Shown in pieces: positions 14,695-27,652 of a DNA stretch of 64,000 nt. The notes under the pieces were generated by a model. It was not told where the DNA came from, ran no database searches, and saw nothing but the letters and a program-made list of their open reading frames with translations. Within the stretch, counting starts at the first letter, position 1; every line of letters starts with the position of its first letter. Source of the DNA: Eledone cirrhosa. Taxonomy: Eukaryota. The stretch lies in NCBI GenBank assembly GCA_964016885.1, contig OZ024743.1:29264001-29328000 (forward strand). The letters run 5' to 3'. Position numbers and translations under genes: made by a program.

Positions 14695-15600
14695 TCAACC
14701 TCCTCCAGTCACGCTCTCGTCAGCGAGCTCCTCAGCAAGAGAGCCGAACCTGACGTGGCCCCAGAGCTCGAGCAGGCTCTGGACGACCGGACAGGCGAAG
14801 GCCTCTCTGTTCCTCAGTATACAAATGTCCAACGTAGCTGAGACGACATAAAATGCAGGTACTCCTTCAGGCGGATCGAATCTGGCTTGGACCAACACCA
14901 CCTCACCTGCCTCCGCCCCGCTTCACAGCCAAACAGCGGCGCGTGGTTCAAATCGGTACCCTCCTCATCAACCGTTGTCCTTCTTGATGACGAGTACATT
15001 CGCATCAGAAGGGCCCAACATCTTGGCATTCGCGTGTGTGAGCCACATAAATGCAGTTGATGGGCCGTCGTTGATACGTTCGGTCTGCACGCACTCTCTT
15101 GCCGCCAGAGCGCAGACCGTTTCTCCGACATGTTGCACTTAACGACATTAAGAAGGAGCCTGGATTCAGCTGGCTACCCTCTTCCCATTCCAAGGAGGTA
15201 GATATCTCCTCTGGGACGACACGTTATTCGGCCTCCAATATAGTCGATTTGGCCACAAACCCTGGTACTGCGGCCCACAACCCCAGAGTAAAGGAAAACA
15301 AACAAATAACAGGGATTGTCCGGCTGCTTCCCCTTCGCACTGGTCGCAGTCGAGACGTCAGGCGTACTTGGACCCCATATTACCGAGCTTGTCCATAAGA
15401 TCGGAACTTCAGCAGCCCATCTGAAGAGGGAGCCCCGCGATGTAGGGTGGCTGTTGCAGTGGGTGTCGCTGGCCATTGTACGTAGGGTGCATCCCCATCA
15501 CCACCACGCCCTAGGCCTAGAGACTATCACCCTCCCCCGTCTTCTCCCATTCCTCTGTGACCCTAGAGCCTTTGCCTTTCCCTTTCCGTTTTCATAACCA
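14695..15600 (+). mobile_element. CRE-like non-LTR retrotransposon 3' fragment (restriction-like endonuclease)
   Basis: Translates with frameshifts as SGAWFKSVPSS..LLDDEYIRI..LGIRVCEPHKC..VDTFGLHALSC..RHVALNDI, then FALVAVETSGVLGP..EPRDVGWLLQWVSLAI. The segment is a GC-rich island. Confidence 0.8.
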
Positions 15601-16289
15601 TAAAAGACACTTTCATTAAAATAAATTTTTACTAATTATTTGAATATAAAGCGAAATGGTCATGAACGAAATGCAATTGATCATTGGTCTAAACTTAAAA
15701 TAGTAGGGATATTATGAATGTGTCCTGTTACTGGAAGCTTAACGTCTGCAACACAAGCGACGTACAGTGTTTTGATTACAGACTATAAAATAATCTAATG
15801 TGCATCCTAATACATTGTTGGTAGGGAAGTATAACCAAATCTCAAGTTAGAATATCATCAGCCAGTAAGTAACTCGTAAAATATAAAGTAGCTGTCGTCT
15901 GTATCAAATTTTATCGCACCCATCAGCAAACTGGGAGCGTTCGTGGATGTCATAACAGATATATAGTGTATAATGGAGAAAAGATGTCAACAATATAGGC
16001 ATGTTAGATCATGTAAGACATATCCATTTAATACATGAGTTAATTTCGATCGAAGTGCTCACAAATTGGTTAACATTTATTCTCGAACACAGACGTATTG
16101 GCACAACATTTTTTACTCCCCTCTCTCTCGCTCTTTGAACTGTTCATGTGAAAAAGACATAGGGAACCAGTTGATGCCTCTGTTTCCTCAAAGAAAAGAC
16201 AAGAGATCTTAGCTAAAAAATAAATGTCTGTAGCCAAGTTTGTCACTGTGAGTTGTTAGATTTGAAAACAATCTAAAAACCAAATTATT

Positions 16290-16444
16290 TCATGGTGCTG
16301 TGGATGGATGGAGCCTTAACATCTGATTGAGTCACAGGGGCGCAATAGTGACATATAGCGTGTGTGAGGATTTTAAACCGAGCGGACACTATTTCCTCTC
16401 CAAGTCTGAATTCAACAGATTTATTCCAAAGAAGCAAAGAAAGA

Positions 16445-16500
<56 letters not shown>

Positions 16501-17050
16501 ATCGACCTCAGAACTTGACTGGTAAATTTTTATCGACCCCGAAAAGAGTAAAGGCAAAGTTCTCCTCTCACGGTATTATAGGAACAACAACATTATACTG
16601 AAAGTTAGTTTCAGTAAATGATTTTTCAATGAAATTATAAATACAAATTCAGTCCATAGAAAGATCGTGGATATTAGCGCTGTACCGTCAGGATAGTCAA
16701 TATCTAGCGAGAGGGCCTCAGTGAGTGCCAGACTTTCCTAAAAATCGTTTGTCCTTTTCGTTATAAATTCCAGAAAGATGTTGAAAAGGGAAAGGGATAG
16801 CAGAAAATAGGCCTTAGATCTTCGTACTTCAAATTAAAAAACCGTACCTGGTGGAATATCGGTCACTGATTCAAGTTAGTTTGTACATCACGCTTTTTTC
16901 TCAATCGCAAACTATTTCTTGGGAATGTGGTCTCTAAAATCTGAAGGTGTACATAGATTAACAGATTTTGAAATTCGAAGGGTTTGGTTTATACAAAGGG
17001 ATTTCATTACGAGACAGGAGTAGAAATACTTCTATAAGAAAAGTTCTTCA
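16290..17050 (-). mobile_element. old RTE-group LINE reverse transcriptase relic
   Basis: Minus strand 16800-16665 reads LSLSLFNIFLEF...LSLDIDYPDGTALIS (cf. LSP-x-LFNI...YADDT-x-LI). It is interrupted by (GA)n and a SINE A fragment at about 16497-16560. Confidence 0.55.
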
Positions 17051-18179
17051 CATGATAGATATTACTGGTGTAATTAGGAGGGGTGACACAAAGGGTTTAT
17101 GTATGTAATAATAAGGTTACCTAATAATGTCGTAATGCGGAAATTCCCGCAGGAGTTAAACAAATCTAGGTCAGTGGGTAGTCTACCCACGAGGTAGACT
17201 TCTTAGATCTGTGAAAATGGAAGATTACAGCTCACAACAGCGAAAGGCAAAACATTCGATTAAAATATGTGGTGGTGCTTCTGAGAGAAGAGCTAAAGAA
17301 CAGTGATAGCTTAAAGTAAATTCATTGTAAATATTACATGTCTGCATATAAAACATACCCTATATTTAGAAATTGATTAATATAAAATTCTTATATTAAT
17401 AATATTCAGTATTAATTGTTTTAAATTTCCAAGCCCTATTTCCCCCTCTCTCTCTCTCTCTCTCTCTTTTCCCCTCCTCCCACATATATCTATTAATTTC
17501 CCAGATATAGTTTGCGAATATATATTGCAAAACATTGCAAACATTTATTAAATTATCAGTTAGTTGGTCTTCGTGTTTTGTTTAACAGTGGTATTTATGT
17601 CGGATATCATATATTCTACATTATATTGAAACATAATTAGGTTTGTTGCTTATGGATTTTAGGTTTATGCTCAAAGTAATAAATATAAAGACAGAAATAG
17701 AAAATACTGTTTAACAAAATATTTATATAGAAAGCTATTCCATACATAAACAAATACTCTTAAAACTAATTATGTGCATCACAAATATATACAGATCCAC
17801 GAAAAAATAGTGTTAATTTGCACAAAGATGAATACCAGCTTATATTAGATGTATAATTCATGTCACTATTCAGGTGAATTTAAGTAGGAATAGTTCAGTA
17901 TCGTGTTTAGAAATCAATTTGAGCACATAAATAATCAGTATATATTCCAACATTAAATCTACTTGACAGAGATTGCATGAAATATCTGAGACCGCCAGTA
18001 GACAACTGATGAGGAACACCCCCCGCGTTGTTGCTTTCTTCTTATTCTCATTCTATTCTTAAGCCTAACTTAACTAGCAACTACACAGCCAATCCTATTC
18101 TCCATATATTATATTATATATTATATATATATATACAATGATATTAAATAAATGGAAACTATATTTATAAAACCATATT

Positions 18180-18240
18180 TATTCTATTATATATATTTCA
18201 AGGGTACCAAAACTTTGGTACGCCCTCATCAGATAAAATA
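18180..18240 (-). ncRNA. type I minimal hammerhead ribozyme motif
   Basis: Minus strand reads TATTTTAT-CTGATGA-GGGCGTACCAAAGTTTTGGTACCCTT-GAAA-TATATATA-ATAGAATA. It has an 8-bp stem I, an intact core, a palindromic stem III and an AUA cleavage triplet. Confidence 0.75.
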
Positions 18241-18381
18241 CAAAGTTTGTTTTATAAATATTGACATACCCAGGAGGAAGATCGTAACGGTTCAAGTTTT
18301 TCCTGGATAGTCTAAACAGGAAAAACCTGAACCGTTAAAATCTTCTTCCTGTATATGTCAATATTTATAAAACAAACTTTG

Positions 18382-18442
18382 TATTTTATCTGATGAGGGC
18401 GTACCAAAATTTTGGTACCCTTGAAATAATTATAATAGAATA
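18382..18442 (+). ncRNA. type I minimal hammerhead ribozyme motif
   Basis: Reads TATTTTAT-CTGATGA(18390)-stem II-GAAA(18423)-TAATTATA-ATAGAATA. It has an 8-bp stem I with one G-U pair and a palindromic ATAATTAT stem III. Predicted cleavage is after 18434. Confidence 0.78.
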
Positions 18443-18608
18443 AATATGGTTTTATAAATATAGTTTCCATTTATTTAATATATCATTGTATATTATACCC
18501 CAGAAAACTTGTCGAGTGCTTCGAAGCAGTTATACACATTTATATATAAGTTTATCCCGGGTGACCACAGTAAGTAAGGTACTCAATACATAGCAGAGTA
18601 TACATACT

Positions 18609-18717
18609 TAATATAGAAATGACTTCTACAGGACTTGCACTGTTTCATTCGGGAGAACATATCAGGATTTCTCCCGAATGAAACAGTTTTAGTCCTGTAG
18701 AAGTCATTTCTATATTA
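18609..18717. repeat. short foldback (~49-bp arms) carrying hammerhead 3'-half-like GAAAC..GTC
   Basis: TAATATAGAAATGACTTCTACAGGACT..CTGTTTCATTCGGGAGAA pairs with TTCTCCCGAATGAAACAG..AGTCCTGTAGAAGTCATTTCTATATTA. Confidence 0.9.
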
Positions 18718-18742
18718 TATATCATATATATATATATATATA

Positions 18743-19455
18743 TTCTTCTGCTTCTTGTAGATAGCCGATACCGGTGCCATAAAGTTCTTCCTCCAGTTCA
18801 CCCTATCTAGCACTACCATATAATTCCTTTGCCCCCAACCCGGTATCCTCTTCAGGGACATCCTTCAGTGATGTTTGGACTTTCAACCCTGGATACATCT
18901 GCTTTCCAGAGAAAAACTCTGCCACCAGATTCATTCTAACAGTTCACATGTACAGCTAATGCAAGCCGAGGGTATGAATCGTAGAGCATTGTATCTGCTA
19001 CATGTGCTTCCCAGGAGATGGCCTGAGACTTTGATCAGCATTCACGTGTATGTGCCATTGATCTTATTTGTGAGAGTTTTGTTAATGTTCCTTACTGACA
19101 TCCGTAGAGGAGAATGGACTGAACCGTTCATTAAATAGACTCGTTGTCGTTGTCTTCTTGATCGGAGATACCATAATTTCGATAGGGAGTTGAGGTCTCT
19201 CCATGCCTTGCTTATCCTGGTGTTCATATCGTGTTCTGTATTCACGGAACTGCTAAGGTATAAGAAGTCATATACTTTACCAATCTCCGAAGCATTTAGC
19301 GGATGTATTTGGTCATTTTATGTTGTAATGAGATGCATGAACATTGTTTTGACAGCACTCAAGACGAATCTAATGAACTATGTTGCAGCCACAACTCTGT
19401 ACAATACGTCCTAAGCCTCTTGACAGTGTCTAGACAGAAAGCTATGTTATCTCCA
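18743..19455 (-). mobile_element. RTE-group LINE 3' fragment
   Basis: Minus strand reads YLSSSVNTEHDMNTRISKAWRDLNSLSKLW and TYTRML. It ends in a GAAGCAGAAGAA tail abutting (TA)n. Confidence 0.75.
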
Positions 19456-19537
19456 TAATACATATACATCCATGCATACATACTTATATGCATGAGGTCT
19501 TTTAATTAAATAGTATGGATAAATTGGTATTATATAT

Positions 19538-19588
<51 letters not shown>

Positions 19589-19811
19589 TACACACACACA
19601 CATATATATATATATATTATACAAATGCAACAAATATACCAGTATGTTTATAACATTAATTAAAAGTACTCTGTTACTGTTTACAATATTTGTTTTAAAA
19701 GTTCGTGCATAGACGAAATGACTTCATGCTTTGACAAAACCATCATATTTACGTCATATTAATTCCACAAAAGATGGTAAACTATTGTAAATTCATACAT
19801 ATGTAGAAATA

Positions 19812-19986
19812 CGAGGGTGGGCTGAAAAGGGTAATTGGCTGACTACGAAGGAGTGATGTTAGTGTTGTGAAATATTGCATGCATTTATTTCAACTATTTT
19901 TATTAATAACTGCACTGTCTCTTTCCAGGGAGTATTTTGGTCAGTCTATGAACTTTTCAGTCTATGAACGTTTCAGCCGACCCTTG
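19812..19986. mobile_element. mariner-type MITE
   Basis: TA|CGAGGGTGGGCTGAAAAG ... GTTTCAGCCGACCCTTG|TA, with a 16-bp duplication inside the right TIR. Confidence 0.8.
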
Positions 19987-20151
19987 TATGTGGAAATCAT
20001 TATACAAACTCGTATCAACAATCTCTTTCAAAAGGCTGAAGACAGCCACTTTCCTCTTTGGTAAATCTCTCATAAACCTTTTAAAGTTTTACTAGAAGAG
20101 GAAATTCAGGCTGGACGGATATATACTGTCTCCCAGCCATTATTGATGAGA

Positions 20152-20339
20152 GGTAGATAGGCAGTATCGGTAGAGGGCCGGACGCCATGCTTTGACGCAT
20201 GGAGTACGGCCCTATCCATCCTGAGTTCAAATCCCACCGATGTTAACTTTGCCTTTCATCCTTACGGGGTTGATAAAATAAAGTACCAGTAATACACTGA
20301 GTAATTGCTGGCTTTGTGCCAAAAGTAGAAACAATTATT
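20152..20339 (+). mobile_element. SINE family A, short form
   Basis: GGCAGTATCGGTAGAG..GAGTTCAAATCCC..GCCTTTCATCCTTACGGGG..AAGTAGAAACAATTATT. Confidence 0.9.
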
Positions 20340-20711
20340 GTTGAAAGGTCGACGCAAGTGGCGACTATGGTCCGAGTGAACGGGACTGCCCTGTGTATAA
20401 ACATTTAAATCGGAGCAGAAGAACTGGGATACGAGACTTCCCCTACTAGTCAGAGAAACAGATTCTTTTATAGAGTATTTCAACTAGTCGCCTTCGGAAG
20501 TCTCTTCCTTTTTGAAGAATTGTCTTTGTTATAATTTTATTGTTACTTTTCTTTTCGTTATATCTTCTAATTATGCGCAAAGTCTATGCACTTACACATT
20601 CACGCGCACATAAACACACTCAATATCCTGTCCTGTGCCGTCCTTACAGTTTTCTTCTTGTGAGCCCATTGTAGTTAATCATCATCATCATCATTATTAT
20701 TATTATTTTGA

Positions 20712-21320
20712 TGGATTGGCTGAAACGGTAGAGCGTCGGGAACCCTGCTTCGCGACAGAGAGTTACAGCTCTGTACACTCTGAATTCAAGACCTGCCGAG
20801 GTTAGCTTTGCATTTCATCCTTAAGGGTCGATAAAATAAAGCACCAGTAAGTACTGGGGTCGATTTAATCGACTTTTCCCTTCCCTTCAAATTGCTGACC
20901 TTGTGCATAAAGTAGAAACGCGGTGGATTGGTAGTATCGATAGAAGGTCGAATGTCATGCTTTGCAGCATAGAGTTACGGCGCTTTACGGTCTGAGTTCA
21001 AATACCGCTGAGGTTAACGTTGTCTTTAATGCTTACGGGGTCGATAAAATAAGCACTAAGGTAATTGCTGGCCTTGTGCCAAAAGTAGAAACAATTCTTA
21101 AGGTTGATTGTCAGTATCGGTAGAGCATCGGACACCGTGCTCTGCAGCATAGAGTTAAGGTCATTTACAGTCTGATTTCAAATCCCACTGAGGTTAGCTT
21201 TACCTTTCATCCTTACAGGGTCGAAAACATAAAGCACCAGAGAACCAATAACACTCTGGGGTTGATTTCGCTTCCCCCTCAAATTGGTGGCCTTGTGCTT
21301 ACATCAGAAACCATTATTAT
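20712..21320 (+). mobile_element. three head-to-tail SINE family A copies
   Basis: Copies at about 20712-20919 (long), 20920-21096 (short) and 21102-21320 (long). Confidence 0.9.
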
Positions 21321-22455
21321 AAATTCCTACCATCACTACACTGCCATAATCCTACGCAATATATTGAGACTCTGAAAGCAGTGACTGATTTGAGGCAATT
21401 AACACGCTTCGCCTAGCAACCTTACAAATTTCATAGATTGGTTTTTGATTGGTTTTCTTTGAAATACGTAATTGCTTCGGAGATAGTATTTTTGTTAATA
21501 AAAAAGTCCTTAAAGCGAAGGTAACCTTGGGGAGAACATTCACTCACTTTCATACACAGGCATGATTCGGTAAAAGAAATCCAGTTAATCGTTTACCACA
21601 TAGTGTTGGAAATATTTTTTGTGTCTGAGTACCAGCTTGACTTATGCACCGATGACAGTTCTTAGAGAGTAGCAGCAACGAATGTGTTGTGCAGTATATG
21701 GAAGAAACGCAACTGCTGCCGTGAGTGCTACACAAATCTTGTGCTCACACTCGTGATACATCGAGGACTACAACTTTTGAAAGATTCGTTGTCTATTTGG
21801 CGTTGTGATGTTCATACGCGTTAAATTGATTATAGTGTATAGAGTATACATGGAATTGCATTGACTTTTCAAAAAACAAGCAGCTTCTCTCTCCGTCGAA
21901 CAACATTATAATAACCCCTAAACTAAACGAGGCCAACGTTTTACACAAGAATGTTCTCTTCGTAGACAGATGTTTGGACAATAATTATGGTTTTATGCTT
22001 CTTCAAGTTGTGTTACACCGCAATCGTTGACCATTATACGTATTTCTGTACCCGTATACTATTGTTAGAGAATTGTTAATCCAATGCTAGATTCAACAAA
22101 TATTTTTGAGTCATTTTGGTTTTGACCTGGTATATTTCTAGCAAAGATGCGGCGAATTGGCGGAATGATTACAGCCTTGGATAGAATACTTTGCAATTTC
22201 ATTCAGGCTCTCGGCCTTTTGAATTCAGCTCATGACGAGGTCAGTGTTGCCAGTTCTTCTTTTGAGGTGGATGAATAAAATATCAGTCCACTACTGGGTC
22301 GATTAGTCTTTCTTTCTTTCTTTCTTTCTTTCAGACACGCTGTATATCCCTACAATGTCCCTACTACCTAATCGAGAGTTAAGAGCCCTTACCATGGCAT
22401 TTCTAGTAAATATTCTCTCTAGAGATAGTTAAATCTCTCTTTCTCCCTCTCTCTT

Positions 22456-22511
<56 letters not shown>

Positions 22512-22596
22512 AAGAGAGAGTGAGAGCAAGAGAGAGATTATCTACAATGTAAAGGTTTAAGCTTTAAATATAAAATTGCATACAAGATATTTTCCA

Positions 22597-22646
22597 CTCT
22601 GGCCGAAGACATAACATATAGAACGCATGGAAACAGCTATCTGGAG
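22597..22646 (+). ncRNA. decayed type I hammerhead motif
   Basis: CTCTGG-CCGAAGA-CAT..ATG-GAAAC-AGCT-ATC-TGGAG carries core and stem mutations relative to CTGAAGA / GAAACAGCTGTC. Confidence 0.55.
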
Positions 22647-22721
22647 AATGACGGATAACTGCGGTACATTAAAAAAATAATGTTTGAAATTACGGCTATA
22701 AGCGGTATAATCGATTAACTT

Positions 22722-23499
<778 letters not shown>

Positions 23500-23940
23500 G
23501 GAAAGAGAATCGATAGAAATAAATCACGGCTGATGAACTGAAGTTTGATAATTACAATCGCCAACCAGTGACAGACTCTTCAATAATCTATAAAGAACAG
23601 GTTGTTGGAATTGTCTGAGACAAATACATGTATCTGAAGAATTAAGACTTATCTTGTTTCAAACACTGATTTTATTTATGGTTTCTACAGTAGATGAATG
23701 CTATAGCCCCACATAATATTTTCAGAACCACGGTGACAGATAGGTGAAATTACAGAATGTTTATACCTTAGACCTTGTTCGAAAGATTGCAACAACTCTA
23801 AAGATACAGAACTACTAGGGTACCAAGGTACCAGGTGGTAGTGTTTAACCGAGTGACGAATGAAGTGTAACCTCTTTAAAGGCAATGAACCTTACTAAAT
23901 CTATCGACAAAGGAAATAAAGCTTTTATTATACTGTAGAA

Positions 23941-24214
23941 CAGTGGTTCTTAACCTGGGTGCCGACACCCTCAATGGGTGCGAGATTCATTTCTTATGGA
24001 TGCAGAGGAGAATCAAGACCAGAAATCATATTGAAGATTAAAATATTTTGATTGGATATTTTCTGTTATTTTCAAAAATGTGTATCTATTAATCATAGCA
24101 CCTGATAAATTGACCTCCAAAATTAAACTTCTTTTATCTTATGTGCTAGGCCTTGCGGGATGCAAGTTCAAAATCTCAAAGCATGCCGCAATATAAAAAG
24201 GTTAAGAACCACTG
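23941..24214. mobile_element. hAT-type MITE
   Basis: 16-bp TIR CAGTGGTTCTTAACCT / AGGTTAAGAACCACTG, with an 8-bp TSD CTGTAGAA / CTGCAGAA. Confidence 0.9.
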
Positions 24215-25159
24215 CTGCAGAATCAAGAATAACTTTCGTCTTAGCAGGAATCAATGTAGATAATAGTCAAAAGGCAAATTGCACAAACATGACATAACTA
24301 CTGTTGACTTTTTATTATTACTTTCCACTGAGAAGATTCTGTTTCATGTTTTCGTTTAGTACTATTGTTGCAACCATAATGGTAAACATTTCAGAATTTA
24401 TTTCTTCTCACTGTAAACCTAGACATGGCCTGTGGTTAAGATGAACTGTACAATTGATGAGAGAATTAGAAATTGGTCGATTGATGAAAATTTCTTGCGA
24501 AGTGAAAGATTATTGTATATTGTTGTTTCACTAAATAATGTTAGTTGCTGTTGTTTAACCCTAAGCCATTCTTGACCAATGTTGGAAGATATTCTAACCA
24601 TTGTTTTCCCGTATTGTCTTTCGACACAGTGTATAAAGGAGAACACTGTCCAATGAGGTAAAGGTTGAGGCTTCCCTCGTTTGGCTTGTCAGTAACCGTG
24701 GTTATTGCTGGTGTCGTTGTTTAGATCAGCTTTCAAATAGTAAAATTGTGATCAAAAGCATTCCAAGCATAAACATCCTAACTAACTTTTAAAGCATAGT
24801 TTATCTAGGACTGAGATAGTCAATGGGTTCCTTTTTATTCAGAAGGGTGCATATTTCTAATGAAAGTATCTGCCTATAATCTTAACATAATTTTGAAATG
24901 AAGAATTTGGAAGGATTTAGTAATGTAACTAACTTTCCCTTAATCAAGTAGATGTGTGGAACATAACTTAACAAGGGTTCTTACATCAACTAATCATGAA
25001 AGGTTTTAGATAAATACAAACACTTCAAAATAAATAGCTTTATGTTAAAACCATGGGATATGTTAGGTACTATTGGATTGCAGGCGTTACAATAAATTAC
25101 AATCCTATGTCGAATCACTGGAAAAGGAGAAATACATATTTAATATCTCTGGCCTAAAC

Positions 25160-25202
<43 letters not shown>

Positions 25203-25449
25203 GTTTCCGCATTTTCTAGGTCTAATTTACACCGTTTCATTAGTTTCACTTCCACTATGCAGATTTATCAAAATTTAAAGAGTTTATCGAAGAAAACGCA
25301 AATCATCTCATCTAACGAAGAATTATGAACGCGAAAGTGTAAACGAATTTATCATTAAATCTTAAATTAACTAGAAAAGATCTAATCTACAGATATATAT
25401 AAATTTGTCGTACACTTCTGTTGCCAACACGCCATCAATTGTTAAGCCT

Positions 25450-26215
25450 CCCCGCTAAAGTCTATGATATGTGTCTCAACAAAAAGTGATGTCCGACTTG
25501 CACTCGATCGGTTTGATGCCGAGTGCTGCATGGCTGGAATAAAAATCAGTGCTGCGAAAACTGAGACACACATCCACTCACGGAAAGCTGCATAATGCAT
25601 TCTACATGTGAATGGAGGTAAAGAAGTTCAAGTATCTCGGGTCCGTGTTAACGAGTGATGGAAGGCAAGAGGCTGAATTAAGTGCAATAATTGCAGGAGC
25701 TGGTGTAGTAATGCGCCTGATTCAGCATTCAATAATCAGACAAAGGGAGGCAGGTGTAAAAGCCAATCTAGCTATATTCAATTCAGTATTCGTTGCAATC
25801 CTTACCTATGGTTATGAATATTGGGTAATGACCGAAGGAATACGATCGTGAATACAAGTAGCCGAAATGGAGTTCCCCATGAAGGGTCTTTGTAGTAACG
25901 TTACTCCATAGAGTGTATAGCTCGGAGATCAGAGGGTCACTGAAGGTAGAGCTGCTACTTCTCCGAATTGAGAGATCACAGCTCCGATACTATGGGCATG
26001 TGGTTAAAATGTCTCAGGAAAACCAACCTGCAGGACACCCAGTGGTAGATCTCGAGCAAGATTGTTGGATAGCATCCATGAGCTTGGCTGGTCTCGCTTG
26101 GGCATACAGTCGGGTCATTTGGAGACAGTTGCTTCTGACAGGACCCTCTGGAAGGAGTGTCTGAGCACTCTGCCTATACGACCATCACAAGAATATGTGG
26201 GCGAAGAAGCAGAAA

Positions 26216-26217
<2 letters not shown>
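25450..26217 (+). mobile_element. RTE-clade LINE, 5'-truncated
   Basis: Motifs LALDRFDAECCMAGIKISAAKTE, EVKKFKYLGS, ILTYGYEYW and IERSQLRYYGHV. Ends in a GAAGAAGCAGAAAG tail followed by (TA)n. Confidence 0.88.
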
Positions 26218-26275
<58 letters not shown>

Positions 26276-26864
26276 ATGTGTATGTGTGTGTGTGTATGTG
26301 TGTGTATATATATATAGAGAGAGAAAGAGATAAATAGATATATACATAGATATACATTTATATATATATGCATATATATACATATATATTTATTTAAATA
26401 AATATACATACACACACATGCGTGCGCTCACACACTCAAACGCATATAAACAACACTGACCAGTATATAGTAATTTGTTAGTTTTGACACACCATAAATA
26501 TTTTAATAGAAAATGAAAATTGGCTTCAATTTTACAAAACAGTGCTAAAAGTATACTGACGTCTGATGTCTAAATTCGGCTAAAAATAAATGTGTAGAGG
26601 CATGGTATACTTATTGTTGTATATTTGTATATGTGGAATATTAGAAGAAGAATTTCAATTTCATTAGTGAAATGATTCCAAGACTTTGTACTGGATCCAG
26701 ACAAAATGTTCACACACACACACACGCACACGCGCGCGCACGCACACACACACACACATATACACACACACATATATGTATATTTACACATGCATACATA
26801 TATAAATATATATATATATGCATACATACATATATATACACATATATATATGCATACATGCACG

Positions 26865-26906
<42 letters not shown>

Positions 26907-27254
26907 CGCATATGCATACATACATATATACATACATATACATACACACATATACAGACACACACATATATATAGATATATATGTATGCATATGTATGCT
27001 TATACACACACACATATATATACATATAAATTTAACGCAACAGTGTCATTCTTCTTTGACCTCACGTTGGACTATACATATATACATACATATATATATA
27101 TATATAGAGAGAGAGATATATATATTTAATATATATATATACATATATATATATATACATGTGCGTACATGCATGTGTGTACGTGTATGTGTGTGTGTAT
27201 GCCTGTGTATGGCTGTGTCTTCGTATGTATTTTTATACATACATAACTGCAAAG

Positions 27255-27454
27255 TGGTCGTGGAGGTGTCACGGTAAAAAAGCACCCAGTACTCACTGTA
27301 AAGGAGGTTGGTGTTAGGAAGGGCATCCAGCTGTAGAAATCACGCCAAAATAAGTACCCGAATGAGCATGACATGGTCACCCGACCTGGTATTGCCCACA
27401 ACAGGACAACCCAAGTTAGCGTGGAAGAATGGACGTAAAACGGTGATGATGATG
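27255..27454 (+). mobile_element. RTE-mobilised SINE 3' part (octopus OK-like)
   Basis: GGTTGGTGTTAGGAAGGGCATCCAGCTGTAGAAA ... GGACGTAAAACGGTGATGATGATG tail. Confidence 0.7.
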
Positions 27455-27465
27455 AAATAGCATAT

Positions 27466-27652
27466 ATAATTGTTTCTACTTTTTGCACAAGGCCAGCAAT
27501 TAACCAGTGTATTACTGGTACTTTATTTTATCGACCCCGTAAGGATGAAAGGCAAAGTTAACCTCGGCGGGATTTGAACTCAGAATGGCAAGGGCCGTAA
27601 GTCTAGGCGTCAAAGCATGGCGTCCGACCTTCTACCGATACTGCCAATCCAC
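27466..27652 (-). mobile_element. SINE family A, short form
   Basis: Near-identical to the copies at 34931 and 43492. Confidence 0.9.

Larger units (their letters stand above)
18131..18493. repeat. long palindrome (~175-bp arms, 11-nt spacer)
   Basis: 18131-18305 is the near-exact reverse complement of 18317-18493. The spacer is GATAGTCTAAA. Confidence 0.97.

Noticed and set aside
18006-18040. CTGATGAG hammerhead-like heptamer
   Set aside because: No stem II followed by GAAA downstream, and no alternative topology could be drawn.
20712-21320. Repeated ~190-bp units suggesting a CRISPR array or tRNA cluster
   Set aside because: The units are dispersed SINE copies with A/B-box-like heads. 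There is no repeat-spacer structure and no full cloverleaf.
21407-21452. RFX X-box-like CTTCGCCTAGCAAC plus two ATTGG boxes as a promoter
   Set aside because: Short motifs of this kind are expected by chance, and there is no linked exon or TSS evidence.
23530-23560. CTGATGAAC near the 40-bp inverted repeat
   Set aside because: No GAAA or cleavage triplet in register.
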